A stretch of DNA of 61,607 bases, filler included, from Sphacelaria rigidula (Eukaryota), in NCBI GenBank assembly GCA_964200075.2. It is 7 parts of 7 records of this genome, joined end to end, with 100 filler letters (N's around TTAATTAATTAA, not from the genome) between each part and the next. Parts side by side here need not be neighbours in the genome. Positions count along the whole stretch, not along the records: positions 35,264 to 43,978 come from CAXNAA020010291.1; positions 44,079 to 52,793 come from CAXNAA020010292.1; 5 more parts are not named here. One strand, given 5' to 3'. The number at the start of each line of letters is the position of its first letter. The first letter of the stretch is position 1. The position numbers and the translations under genes are program-made. Positions 39,131 through 51,996 of the stretch are shown here, in pieces. Under the pieces are notes generated by a model. That model worked only from the letters and a program-made list of their open reading frames with translations, did not search any database and was not told where the DNA came from.

Positions 39131-42100
39131 ATGCAGCCATCATTCGGCACATGCATTGCACCACAGGTCGTTCCCGCAGTAATAATGGACGACTTTACAG
39201 CTCGTGTACGTCTGTGGCCGTCGCGACACGATTAGGTCCTAGGTACAGGCGATGATGGAAGCAGCCCTTGCCTTTTGGTCTCCGTGGAACGAACTCCGAG
39301 GTACAGCAGCGCTGACGAACCCACTGAAAATACCATTCTGCGACGGTACATTTTCAACGTCGGCGAGGGAACTCAGGTGTGTAGATGGAAATGTATTTTA
39401 GATGGGATAGAAAAAAAAACGCACACCTCTCTCAGACCGCTTCGTATAGCAAACGAGAAAAAAGTCCTGTACAAACGCCTTTTTGGTCATTCTTCCTCGT
39501 TTGACACCTTGGAATGACTTGCTGTACTCGTTTAAGCGGTTCCGGGACATCTTGGCGTTTTCCGGCGGCCGCAGTTTTTATTTTGGCCAAAGAAGCATAT
39601 TTGCTCAAAGACGGTCGAGTCCAGAGAAAAATGACAGCTTTTTCTTGCTTTGACCGTTCTTGACCGTTCTTGGACACAAATTAAAGTTTGGTCAACATGA
39701 AAACTGCGGCCACCGGACAGCGCGAAGATGTCCGAGAACCGTCTCAACGAGTAGAGCAAGTCATTCCAAGATGTTAAACTCTGCCTAGTTCTCTTTTAGA
39801 GCGTAAAGCGACGAAGAAAGACCGAAAAAGCTCTTTCACAGGACTTTATTTTTGTTTGCTATAAGAAGCGGCCTACTTCGAGTTTCTCTCTACTATCGTG
39901 TCCCTCGCTGAAAACACCACCTCGCAATATATACCACGCTCTGAGTGGGATCTTACTTCGACTCTCTCGTCTCCATCCCGGTCGTTTGGCAGCGGTTTTG
40001 CGGCGAGCACGGTGTGAAACTGGCCAAAGTTGACAAGCTGTTTTTAACGGGTACGGGAGCCGAGGAGCATGCTGGGTTGTCGGGCCTTGTGCTTACCTTG
40101 TCTGGATTGGGCTCGCCAGCTCTGGAGGTGTTCGGCCCGACAGGAGTCGAAAAACTCGTGGTGAGAAGGTCCCACCTTGCGTAGGTAGGACGGCATGCAT
40201 CATGTACTCACATCTATCTCAACAGCAGTAAGCAGGAGCGCTACGGGTTGAAGATTCATGAAGGCCGTGGCACTCACGCACGCGGTGCGATTTCTAAACC
40301 CGTACATGCCCCGGACTGTGTCCTCTCCTTTTGGTGCGGTTCGCAGGGAGGTCTGCGCTACTTCGCGCACAGAGACTACCCTGTTGTTACGGCCTCTGCT
40401 CTCCCACTTGGCAAAGGTAAGCTTGATACGGGCTATCTTGTGCGACTTAGCTTCGTGTCACGAAATGAAGAACTACGGCGAACGTTCGGCGATTTATTCT
40501 TAGAACGTATTGCACAGTACGGCTAAGCGCTCGATACTCTTACTTCAATCACGTATCATACGCAGACCCGTGCAGGTGAAAACATCACTGCACATGCAAC
40601 TTCTAACTCCATACAACTTGCGTGTTGTTGCCTTGTTGCTTGCGGTATTCCCGGTTACTCTTGGCCTCCAGCCGAGTCGCAGTGCAGTTATATGCTTGGG
40701 GATGAGTATTTAGAGGTCAGGTGTGGGGTTTTGGATCCAGCGCGTCTGCACGCGTCGGCGGGTGCGGAGTTGATCGAGTCGAAAAGCAGCAGCAGTAGCA
40801 GTGGCAGCGAGGACGAGAGCGAGAGTAATAGCAGTGACGACAGCAGCGATGACAGCAGTAGTGACAGCAGCGACGACAGCAGTAGTGACAGCAGCGATGA
40901 TTCAAACAGCACTGACGACAGCGATGCGGTTGTCGTGTCTTTTTCGAAATCTTCCAAGCCAAAGTGCGCCAACACTCGCCGCGGAGGTACCTCACAGAGC
41001 GGTGGCCCAAGTTCTCGTACGTTGTCTGAAAAAATTGAAACGGTGATGAAGACTGCACTTGACCAAAAGCGTCGCGAAAAAGATTTTCCGCCTCGAGTTG
41101 ACGTTGACCTCACCGGAGGCAGCACCACGAGTCACGGTGCCGGCTTGTTGGATGTCATGAGCAAAGCAGAAGTTGGCACTGGAAGACCTCATGGTAATCA
41201 GAGCAGCGCGCAAAACTCTTCGTCGCAAAACGGAAAGGAGCGGAACCCAATGGAACGCCACGGGAACGATAGTGCGATTCTCGACAGGAGACGTGAAGGG
41301 ATACGAACGACGGGGATCGGTGGGGCAAGGGTTGAGCCGGAGGGAATCCCTACTAAAGGCCCTGTCGTGCTTTATCGGTGCAGGGTCCTGCACGGTGTAG
41401 GATCGAGTTTCCTGGTGCTGTCATGTCCGAATATTGCGTACGTCCGAGCCGTATTAAACCACTCCATCGTGCGAGGTGCGAGACAAGCAGACAGGTGAGG
41501 ATCAGTTGCTCTTGTGTTCTCCGCAAAGGGGATTGGAGCGACTTTCGTAAGTCGCAACGCAGCTGACAAAAAAGAGGCCTTGTAGGTGCTGTGGACGGAA
41601 GCGAGACAAACATATCGCGCATCTTCACCTGTTCAATGTATATCTACATCTGCTCGCTGTAGCAGTCTTCTCTACAGCATATGCGTTCCCTCACTGACGC
41701 TTGTAGAACCTTTTGCCTGGCCCCGGTGCTGTCTCCATTTTTTCGTTCACGTGAAGGGTACTGTTCGTGATCCACTTCTCGCCAGCAGAAATAGTGGAGC
41801 ATGCATCATATGCCGCACTGTTGTCAATCAAGGCGAAGCACATCCTTGTCGCGTCCGGGCGCCGAGGCCGAGAGCTTGGCGCGGCTGGTGGGCTACAACA
41901 CCGCAAGATCGCGGAGAGGTCGGTCCAGCTTAACTACGTCGCACCGCAGGCCTTCCCACTCCATTTCGCTCTGCGCGGAAAGGATGATATAGCGGAGTCT
42001 CGCGAAGCAGACGTAGAGGAGGTGTCACCCTTGATTGGAAGAGGCTGCACGCTTGGGCAGCCGCTGCTGAAGGCTGTGTTGCTACCCGTGTCTGCCCGCG

Positions 42101-43788
42101 GGATAGATTTAACCGCGGTTCACCCTCCGGTGGATATTTTGGCCATCCGAGAGGACATGCTCGAGAGGAGCAAGGAGGCCGGACTTTGTGACTCTCGAGA
42201 TCGCATTATAGCGAAGTTGGCACGCGTGCATGGGCTGCCGACGAAGGACAGCGACTCAAGTGGAACAAGATGTACACCGGAACTGCCACTCGGCCAGCCT
42301 TGCGGTGAGGGGGTGAGCATCGCGTGGGCGTCTAAACGTTCACAATTGAACCACGCGACTTGTCAAGCTTCCCCGAGCAAGCGCTCACGACAGAGTATCT
42401 GTGCTTCGTCACTACCCCGCACCGGGGTGTGTACATGGCCGCTGCCGCCACCGCCACCGCCACCACCTCCTCCACCCCTACTACACCACATCCCATTCCC
42501 AGCCGCTCCTTTGGCATGTGGCGGTTTGAACTTCCCCCTCGCTCCTCCGCGTGTCCCCCTGTTTTCTGGCGGAGGAATCCGAGGGGCGGAAATCTTCTTT
42601 TTGGGTACGGGGTGTGCGGCGCCGTCAAAGAACAGAGGATGTAGTGGAATTTTGCTGAAGATACCACAAAGTGGACTTTTCCAGGACGGTAGAGAGGCAG
42701 CGGATGCGGGCAAGCCGCTGCGGTTATTAATAGATGCAGGAGAAGGGACTTTGGGCCACCTTGAGCGGCAGTTTGGCCGAGAGGGAGCTCTCGAAGAAAT
42801 CCAGGGGCTAGACTGTGTGTGGATATCGCACAAGCATGCTGACCACCACGCGGGGTTGTTCCGTCTGCTTTCGGAGCATCACCGCGCCGTTGCAGCCCGA
42901 AAAGCCTTCAGAGCGACATGTGGTGAACCTGCGGAGGGAGGTACGGGTCTACTGACGGTAGTTGCACCTAGTGGGGTGCTGAAATTTCTGGAGAGCTGCA
43001 GGCAAGCTTCGGGAGAAAACATAAGATACAAAACCGTAAACTGCCACTTATTAATTCGCCCCAAGTCCTGGTGCGGTGGGGGTGGCGGCAGCACATTCAA
43101 GGGGGGAAACAACCGGTTCGGGGTAAAAGCGCTCTTGGATGCAATGGCGTCGGTACCGGTCATACACTGTCAGGAAGCGTACGGCCTGGTGATTCAACCT
43201 TGGCACAGGGGCGAAAAGATCGTGTACAGCGGGGACACGAGACCATGCGAGCGACTGGTGGCGGCAGGTGCTGGCGCCGCCTTGCTGATCCATGAGGCTA
43301 CCTTCGATGACTCCATGCAGGAAGATGCAATCTCGAAAAAACATTCTACAACTTCGGAGGCGCTGGCTATCGGTCGGCGCATGCGCGCAGGAGAGGTGGT
43401 TTTGACGCATTTTTCGCAGCGTTACCCGCGGGTTCCCGTGTTGGAGGCCGGACATGACCCAGACTTCAGCGTGGCGTTCGATGGTATGGTTTTGAACGGG
43501 ATGACCTATGCGGTACTTCCTGCTGCTGCGAGTTTGTTGAGCCAATTATTGGAGCGCACTACAGAGGACGAGGATGGTGGAAGCCCCGAGATTTCTGCGC
43601 TCTCTGGGAAGAATGGTGATCGCCCGAAAGAGCTCTCGGGTCCTGCCAACGATAATACATGTAGTAACTCCGAGGAGATGGTGCTTCCAGCTGAAAATAC
43701 CGAGGATTGTTGTAACCCTGAGGAGGTTGCTCTCCCTACTGATGACGAGGATTGCGATAACCCAGAAGAGATCGCACTTGAAGATTAA
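39131..43788 (+). CDS. ELAC2: Long-form tRNase Z (ELAC2/Trz1-like metallo-beta-lactamase)
   Basis: Exons 39131-39166 (tentative start), 39236-39376, 39993-40160, 40347-40416, 40672-41494, 41757-43788 are phase-consistent. Motifs: YIFNVGEGTQRFC.EH, FLGTGCAAPSKNR, LIDAGEGT, WISHKHADHH, YSGDTRPC, LIHEATF, HST, LTHFSQRY. Confidence 0.93.
39434..39874. mobile_element. Foldback MITE with long inverted arms in a tRNase Z intron
   Basis: AGACCGCTTCGTATAGCAAAC...TTGGAATGACTTGCT...GCCGCAGTTTT is mirrored by AAAACTGCGGC...AGCAAGTCATTCCAA...GTTTGCTATAAGAAGCGGCCT. Confidence 0.8.
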
Positions 43789-45894
43789 CTCACCAAGTTT
43801 TTCAAATAATATCACATGGTTCATTTTTGAGATGTTAACGATGACGATATCCCCGCTAGCAAGTTCGGCGATCCCGTCACTAGTTCGTACTGCCCCCAAA
43901 CAAGAAAAATAGTGTTTTCGTGAGATTGAGAGTAGATGATACGATTGAGAGTGGCTTTGATCATTCGCTGTAAGTGAGNNNNNNNNNNNNNNNNNNNNNN
44001 NNNNNNNNNNNNNNNNNNNNNNTTAATTAATTAANNNNNNNNNNNNNNNNNNNNNNNNNNNNNNNNNNNNNNNNNNNNTTACGAGATACCACCCCGTTAA
44101 TTAACGACGCCATACAATAGATTATGGCTAATTTCGTTCACCCGTGGATGATGAAGGCGGTTATATCAAGTGGGAGCGGAAGTTTTGTTCGGCCTGACTC
44201 ATATCCAGTATGGGGTTGAAGATTCGAGCACGCTCGCTACGATGTGGCCTCGTGACGAAGCAGAGTTGAGGCTTGGGGAGCCGCTGTAAGTCGTTCGTCG
44301 GTTCAAGAGGCAGAGCGGGAGTCAGGCCAAGACCCTGGTGGGGGGTAGGCTCCACCTGAGGAGCCACGGATACCAGGTAAAGGTAGACCTCAGACCGTTC
44401 TCGAGCAGGTGAGAGCGATTCTGATTAACAAGCCGCGACTAGCTTTGCTGCAAGAGCGGGACTCCCGGCTCGAGCTCATCAGAGAGAGATTCATGTTGGA
44501 GAAAAGGACGAAGGTACAAGTAAGAGCCAGGAAGCGCACGTTCCAAAACGATGATCTTCTATGGTATACCTCACCTAGGCCGCCAGGTAAGTTGGACACC
44601 AAGTAAGTTGGCTATTCCACGCAGTCTAGTGCCTGGCCTGCTCGCGTTGGGGCACACTACGCATGGGTACGCCGGAGTGATGAAAACAACTGTAGTGGTC
44701 AACGCACGCTATGAGTGTCCCGGTCTTTTCGCCGATACTCGCACACACGTGCTGTCTTGTGGATGTCGCCGACGCAAACGTACTAATAGTCGCACCATAA
44801 CGGTGCGACCCGCTCGCTTCTTGTAGTTCTGGGAGATGATGCAGATGAACATATCGGACATAAAGCAGACTTCTACTTTTGGTAATGAGTTCTTGTTGGT
44901 TGTTATGGATCGAGCAACCAAGTTCTCTTCGCTCTTTCACTAGCAGCCCAAGGTTACTGAGCACGTAGTTAAGGGTCTACCGGAACTTTTCTTAGCGCTC
45001 GAAACGCCCTATTTCCTTTGAAGTGACGCTGGGGGGGGGTTCGTTTTAGCCGAGCTATGTGAGCCGTGTCTATAATGGGGGGACGAGTATGTGTATCTTG
45101 CTGTATGGATTCATCATACTACTTCCGACCAGTCACTGCCGCATAGCTCAACGCGATTAATGCTGCTTTTGAGCGCGAGCCTCGCACCCAAGTCGACTCT
45201 GTGTCACCTGAAGCAGAATCCCTACCGTTGAATAACACGGTAGAGCAACATCGACAAAATTGAAGGACGTTCATGAGCTGTTAACCCAACGTCACCGGCG
45301 TAGGGAAGAGGTATAATATATGATGCTAATCAAAGAGTCTGACAGCTCCCTTCTGAACGAAGATATACCGGCCAAATTTGTACACGACTTGTAGACTGGG
45401 CCGGGGACGGTGCAGCAGGGGGTGATACCAGCTCTCAATCTTGAGGTCAAAATGCAGGTGCGTAAAGTACAAGAGCGAACGGTGTTCGCGGCCAACGTGG
45501 AGAAATTTCATGTGCACCCAGAACAGCTGCAGCATTCAGGTCCAGGCGAGGTCTGTTAGCTAGCTTGGGGGGGCACATTTAGGGTTGGCTGAGGACATCA
45601 CGTCCACACCTCTACTATATACTCTGACGGATGGGAAAGCAGTGCTGGGCCCAGGATCGTCGTGAGTGTGAGATCATCAACGGTTGTTTCACGACGGAGC
45701 TGAACCACACTGGCTTTCAGAGAGGATTTGGACAGTTTCACTGAGTTACAGTTGGACGTGTTTCATGTCTTGTGGAAATTATATCAACCGCAGACCAGGC
45801 CCCGTCCATCCGATACACCATCTCGAGCAGAGAGGGGCTCAATTGCGCGGTAGATTCTCCGATGTACCAAGATCCGCAAACAGTTTACGGACAG

Positions 45895-46180
45895 CCCAGA
45901 GCGGTCAACAAGATCAGGGACTTCTCCGGATTGGATGGGATCGTTTCTGTACGGTGTTTAAATTCCCTACGTGGTCTAACCCGGCAGAGCGATCAACAAG
46001 ATCAGGGACTTCTCCGGATTGGATGGGATCGTTTCTGTACGGTGTTTAAATTCCCTACGTGGTCTAACCCGGCGGAGCGGTCAACAAGATCAAGGACCCC
46101 CCCCTGGGCGGGATAGAATCGTTCCTGCACGGTGTTGAAATACCCTACGCGGTATAACCCAGCAGAACGATTTTCAAGAT
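45895..46180. repeat. 88-bp tandem repeat (three copies) in the gypsy 3' region
   Basis: TCAACAAGATCA begins at 45905, 45993 and 46081; the first two units are nearly identical. Confidence 0.92.
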
Positions 46181-46294
46181 CGACGGCTACACCAAGACGC
46201 CGAGTACTCGGGAAGAGGGACATGGTAACGCGGCGATCCATCGTGTGAACCACGTTCAGTCCCAGGGTTTTTCAACCCTAGGGCTGAGGGGGGG

Positions 46295-46687
46295 TGTTAC
46301 GGATCGCGGCGTGGCGTGGTGGATAAGGGTAGTACGATGATGGGCCGTCGATTCAAAACGACTTACGCGCCCGGAGGGCTGATTGCGGGACTGGCTAGTA
46401 CCGCAGTCAGGGGTGAGGCGTTATGTAAATCCGTCGAGAGACGGAATACATAAACATGCCTTTACATCTGGTTGGATCCGGTTCTTTCCGAGAACCGACC
46501 CAATCGGTTGCACCCTGGTGTCCACTCCTTCTCGGAAGTGCGAAGTCTCCACACCACCAATGAGAGAAAGAGAAAAGAAATCAGCCTTGATCTGTGACCA
46601 AGCATATCGTGACGTTCGTCCTGTGTCATTCATTCTACGTTGGACTCACCCACATGCTGTGAGCTTACGATTGTTTCAAGAGTAACG
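46295..46687 (+). repeat. Putative 3' LTR
   Basis: Starts TGTTAC after the PPT and ends GTAACG (near-inverted termini). Confidence 0.6.
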
Positions 46688-48239
46688 GTGAGACAGTAAG
46701 GTGTTTGATTCCAGCATCGAGCAGATGCTAGAATGTTGACATGATAGTAAAATCGAACTGTGCCAAATGGAATGGTGAAATGTGTAGCCATATATAATAG
46801 TGAAAGTAAGTCATATTTGCATGAGCTAGCAAAACCTTGTAACCTGCATGACCGAAATGCTATTGCTGTTCGCTCTAGTACTCGACTTGTACAGTAGAGA
46901 CATGCATGTGGACGACCACTCTAGGCAAACATTATTCCGTTTGTAACAGCTTGGTATCCGTCTGTCCATCCTGATGTGTTTACAAAGCTTTTGAGATTGA
47001 TCCCAACGAGCACCACAGCAATTAGCTTGCTCGCCGATAATACAAGAAGCATCTACGCCATCTATGGGCTGCGATATGAGAGGTGTCGCTAGTCTTCGTC
47101 AAAAATTAGCCTGATTCGCCTGCAGCTAGTGTTGCCTCGAGCATGCGCTCGACACACTGCAGGTGGAGTGCGATTACATGAACATTACTTGCACTATCTT
47201 GCACGCACAATTTCCATCGAGCTTGGTCGGATCCTGGTGCTTGCATGTCTTTTTAGCATGACTGCTCGGGTGCCCACAAACTGGCACCCCTCACCTCTAG
47301 ACATTCACCACGTGATTCGTGACAAACACACAAAATACACTGTGCGCATTACACTTCTAATATCGTGTTCGTACTGACAGTAGAAATCCTTGTCCACGGT
47401 TCGGTACATTTCCACGTATAATGCAGGGTCTGGTACATCTCCACTTATAATACAGCGTCTGGTACGTTTCCACATGTAAATATATGTAATAATGTTACTC
47501 AGTGAGATCGTGAAAAAGCTCGCAACATCTGGGCGAACTGCAGGTGAGGCAATCGCCGAACTATTCACCTGCAAACTCTGCTCCTGTGCACTGTAAGTTG
47601 ATGTCGCTAGAAGGACACTACCATAATCATCTTGCCGGCTGCCAGACTGTCAGGACGTAGGATCCGCTAGCATTGCTACTGTCTGTACGGGGATGCTGCT
47701 CCCTTGTCGGGTACGTGAGGAAGGGTCCGTGGCAGAACGCAGTGGTCGCGTCAAGCAGCTGCACGCTTGGCCTTCTCACTCAAGACTTCCATTTGGAGGG
47801 TAATACTATTTAATTAGGCAGCAGCAACTGCTACTTGTCCAGGTGTCCCTTGGAGCAGGATATGTGTTTGGTTTCTGTTTGATAAAGGTTTCCCCCCCCA
47901 AACGGGATCAACAGGGGTTTAAGAGTTGAAGAATCTGTAAAAAAAAGTAAAAAAAAAATGAGTCGCAAAAAAGAAGTCGAAATAATCGAGTCGCAGAAAA
48001 ACGGTGAGTCGAATTTGAAGCGAGAGCAAAAATCAAAACAGATACACTTCGTGAAATCGGAATGTAGAGCGGTCTCAGGACGCGATGTGTGCACAGCCGT
48101 TAGTGTGAGCTGGAACGGCACGCGATGACGTCGTGGTTTATCAAAGTCATCTACAGTAGTCGGCAATGTGCCCGCTCAAAGTGTTGCAATCAAACATGGA
48201 AAGTGTGTGTGTTGATATGAAATCTATTTGGCTGTTTAA

Positions 48240-49269
48240 TTGACCCTTTTGAGACCGACCCCTCTCTAACGCTGTGTTGACCGTGTCAGTGGAATAATAA
48301 AATAATAAGCCAGGGGGCGACCTGTCCAATCACGGCGAGGCGAAATTTATCGACCAGACCCGGACGACCAGCGTGGGGATTGTTATCAAGTGTAGTGCCA
48401 CTGCAAAGTTCGTGTGGGGGCCCTACCCCTGGCCCAGGTAAGCTTTCCCAGGCTTCCAAATGCAGGGTGGTCGCAGCCTTGTTTTATGGTATTGCTTGCA
48501 TCCAGTACAGCGTTCCCGAGATTTTCCTGGGGGGGGTTCGGGTCGCAGTTCTACACTAAACCGTAGTAATTACACCAACACAGGGTCGACCGGAAGAAGC
48601 CGGGAAGTAGTGTACATGCTACCCTGTCGTTACTTTCACGAAGCACTAAACCCAGGTGGGCCGTGGATGACAACAGGAGCTACCGTCATGAATTATCCTT
48701 GTACCTCTGCCGATTACTTGTTGTGTGCAGTTAAAATGTATGTGGTGGGCGGGGATGAAGAAGCGGTATATAGGCAGTTGATCTCGGTAGCTGATAATTG
48801 CCCAGAACGTGCAAGGGAGTATGCAGCGGCAGCTGCTGCTGCAGTCGGAGAGGCGTATTACACTGCACTGTACTATATTGCTGTATGCATGCGCGCCGCA
48901 ACGCTAATACCCTTCGAAGAAGATTTGCCGCACGCAACAAAGAGGGAAATGGCGGCCCACCCCGACCTCAAAAGGCTGTGTAGCAAGGTGATGAGTACAA
49001 TAATTTCATCCAAAGCCACAAGTGGCGGGCGACCCGCCGGTCGCCGCATCCTGCAAGCTCTCTACCGCGACCCATACTGCTTGCTACATCAGATGTACAC
49101 CACCAAATGCGCCACCTAATGTGCACCCTGCACCTGAAAATAGATTGGACGAAACTTTCGGTCTTGGTCATAATCCTGCGGTTACATACGCCACCGTTTC
49201 GTGCAGACGCCAGACACGTCATACAAGACAAGCCTCATCGTTGTGAAGGCCCGGTCCGAAAAGGGTCAA
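48240..49269 (+). mobile_element. piggyBac-ended non-autonomous element, copy 2 (complete, ~1.03 kb) carrying a 219-codon ORF (48460-49119)
   Basis: Inverted termini TTGACCCTTTTGAGACCG (48240) and CCGGTCCGAAAAGGGTCAA (49251-49269); homologous to 35264-36142. Confidence 0.7.
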
Positions 49270-49664
49270 GGACAGCGCTTGTGCACTGAGACGATCCAGA
49301 TCTTGCAGGTATACCGCGCAGCTGCGCTGAAATTTGAAATCTGTTCAAGTTCCCCGACGCTGCTCTCAAAGCTCCCTCGGTACCCGCCAAGCCATGTACA
49401 CCGGTCTCACATTCGAAGCACAAAATATCTTGTGAAGATTTACCTTTTTTCACAAGGTTTTGCCTTGTTCAGTATAGAAACCAATCTGAATGAACGCGTG
49501 GGTGGCTGACTCATTTGCATCACTCATGAAGGCTTGCGTGGGTATGACAAGTCCGTGACACCTTCACCGTCGCATCTACTTTGAAATGAGAGTCACCACG
49601 ACGAAGGTGTGTTTAGTACTTGGTCGATGAAGAAATTTTTCGCAAATATTTTTCAAATAACGTC

Positions 49665-49842
49665 AACCCTAACCCTGATTCCAGCCCAAGACATACCGAG
49701 GGCCCTCGGGCAAGGGGGGTGCGAAGCGTTCCTTACGCAAAATGTGGCGTTGGCAGACCTCAAAACGGTGCCGCAGGCGCCGATTTTGACAAAAACGCGC
49801 TCTATGCACGCGAGAGGCAGTTGGGACTGTCAGCCCCGCTAA
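49665..49842 (-). repeat. Second copy of the TTAGGG-tailed ~185-bp repeat
   Basis: Reverse complement of 19409-19598. Confidence 0.8.
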
Positions 49843-51229
49843 AGATCGCAATATCACTGTTTACACTCAAATTAAGTAATAAAATTCCGGGAAGGTTTTA
49901 ATCGACCAAGTGGTTAACACTGCTACTGCGACGATCTCCCATCTCGGAAACACTCCACACATTGCAGAACAATATACACGGTTACAGTCGAAGTCTCCAT
50001 GAAATAGGCGATGGATTCGAATCGATCAATCTATGATCAGTGATCATCTTCAGAGTTTGCCATGTGATTGACAATCCGCAACCTTTCCCCCCCTGTGATT
50101 GGAACCATCACCATCCTTCCTGGCCTTGTCGTCAACTCGTCCAGCGCATGTCTACGTTGCTTCATCGAGAATCCCAGTGCACATGCCCAAGCTCATGAGG
50201 GGAGAATAAACTAGCTACTACACTCGCGGTACACGGTTAGCGACGCCGCGGGTCTTACGCTGAATGGATCATTCGCTGCCGCCCGGACACACTCGAAAAT
50301 GAACGAAGTAGGCAACAATCGTAGAAAATAAACTAAACAAATCGAAAAATAGCAACAACACACCCGCTTCCACCCGCAAGGCTGAATAAGCTGCACTGGT
50401 ATTTGTCTTTGCGAATAAACACACACTTCAAGTGACCCATACACTATGAATTACCCATCTCACGCCAAGTGTATTGTACCCCCTCCCCATACCCACCAAA
50501 ACTGGTCTCATGACTATGGCATCCAAGATCATGAGTACACCCCCGTACCCTCCAACAAGTCAAAACAATATGCACGTGCCAACTACGAACATTGATGTAA
50601 ACATAATCGTGATTATATGTATTTGATATATAGGAGGGCTGCACTCTTTGCCACCCTCACGCTACATTAAATATCTGATTTTACGATACACCTAGGAACT
50701 AGGTTACGTGGAGAGAACTCGCACCTGTACCGTGACAAGCTGCGTGTGCTCATCGTGGTGTAATCACCTACAAGAAAAACTACCTCTCAAAACCTTTGCC
50801 ACAATAGCAGAAGGCAAAACCACGCAGAGTGGATGGAGTATATGATAGCTGGTCCGCGCCAGAGTATTCCCGTAAAAATATTTTCGAACATACTTCCCCC
50901 ACGCATCACATGGACGCAACACAACACTTCATGGTGGGACGGGTCACATGGCAAGGGGAACGGGCCAAATGTCCTGTCGCTCAACACTACATTTCAACTG
51001 TCCATTCATAGTATGAAACATCACTCTCAACTTCCCAACACAGCGTCGCTTCATCCCGGCGAATCGACTCAGGCCGCACCCGCCGAGACACCTCTTCGGA
51101 CAGGCCACAGTCGTGCTCGCGAAACGAGACGGGCATAATGAACCGCATCCAGAACATCTGGAGTCACTTACCAGGACCAGAAACCGCCAAACCACTACGA
51201 AAATAACCAACTACAACATGATTTCGTCG

Positions 51230-51823
51230 TCACGGCGGCCGACGGGAGCGAGCAGAAGTCCTACGCCTGGGTTTCCCAGCTGACGCCGGGGCGGGTGCCA
51301 CTTGCTCGTCCGTCATGGGCGCGGCTGCGGATTTCTCCTCGTCAGACACAACGCCCGGCGGCGAAGTCGAATCGCCACCACTCCCAGCACTCAACCTGCG
51401 AATCAACGTAGAAAACTTGTTGGGAGTCGAGCGACTGCTCCGCCGAGTGTGACCAACGCCAACATCGCTTTCCTCATCATCGGCCCGCCCCTCCCCGTCA
51501 CTCGACATCCCTCCTGCGCCTTTCACGCCACCGCCGCTGCGAACTCTTCTGCGCCGAGTGCCAGGGCTGGCAGACGCCATCCCGCGGGCTGGAGTCGGAC
51601 GTGGAGGGTCTCTTCCGCCAGGAAACTCCTTCTTCGTTGTCGGCGGGGTAGACATGATCGGCAGGAGCCTCGCGGAGGTGTCGTCTACGTCATCATTGTT
51701 GTCATCATCATCGTCTTCATTGTTCTTGTTTTCCCCTTCAGGTGTTGATGGATCGTCAGCTGTTCGGCCCGTGGTGGTGGTCATCTGGGGCTCGGTGTCG
51801 CTGAGAGCATCGATGCTCTTGCC
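51230..51823 (-). CDS. Low-complexity exon of an unidentified protein (probably terminal)
   Basis: GC-rich open frame with acidic, Pro-rich and Arg/Ser-rich tracts. The listed TTG start is unlikely in a eukaryote; a possible acceptor lies at ~51824 and an ATG at ~51784. Confidence 0.5.
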   Translation of the reverse strand, partial: GKSIDALSDTEPQMTTTTGRTADDPSTPEGENKNNEDDDDDNNDDVDDTSARLLPIMSTPPTTKKEFPGGRDPPRPTPARGMASASPGTRRRRVRSGGGVKGAGGMSSDGEGRADDEESDVGVGHTRRSSRSTPNKFSTLIRRLSAGSGGDSTSPPGVVSDEEKSAAAPMTDEQVAPAPASAGKPRRRTSARSRRPP

Positions 51824-51996
51824 CTGCAGAGCGGCCAGCACATGCCTACTGCTTTGACTGAAGGATGCCTGCGGGCTGTTACGCACGGTAGGGGAGGGGG
51901 CGGCGTTTGTGGGATTGTGATTAACGAAAGATGACAAGAAACTTGAAGAGAAATGAACAACTTGGAAGGGGGTGGGGGGATGGGGGGTGATGGGGG

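Larger units (their letters stand above)
44079..46687 (+). mobile_element. Degenerate Ty3/gypsy LTR retrotransposon, 3' part (integrase, PPT, 3' LTR)
   Basis: LAIPRSLVPGLLALGHTTHGYAGVMKT...VLSCGC (decayed HHCC) is followed by FLLVVMDRATKF (integrase core). A polypurine tract GAGGGGGGG at 46286-46294 directly precedes TGTTAC. Confidence 0.8.

Noticed and set aside
47100-47480. Possible viral EsV-1-7-like Cys/His repeats
   Set aside because: Only isolated words (GEGC, CRAHA) with stops between them; the spacing does not support the domain.
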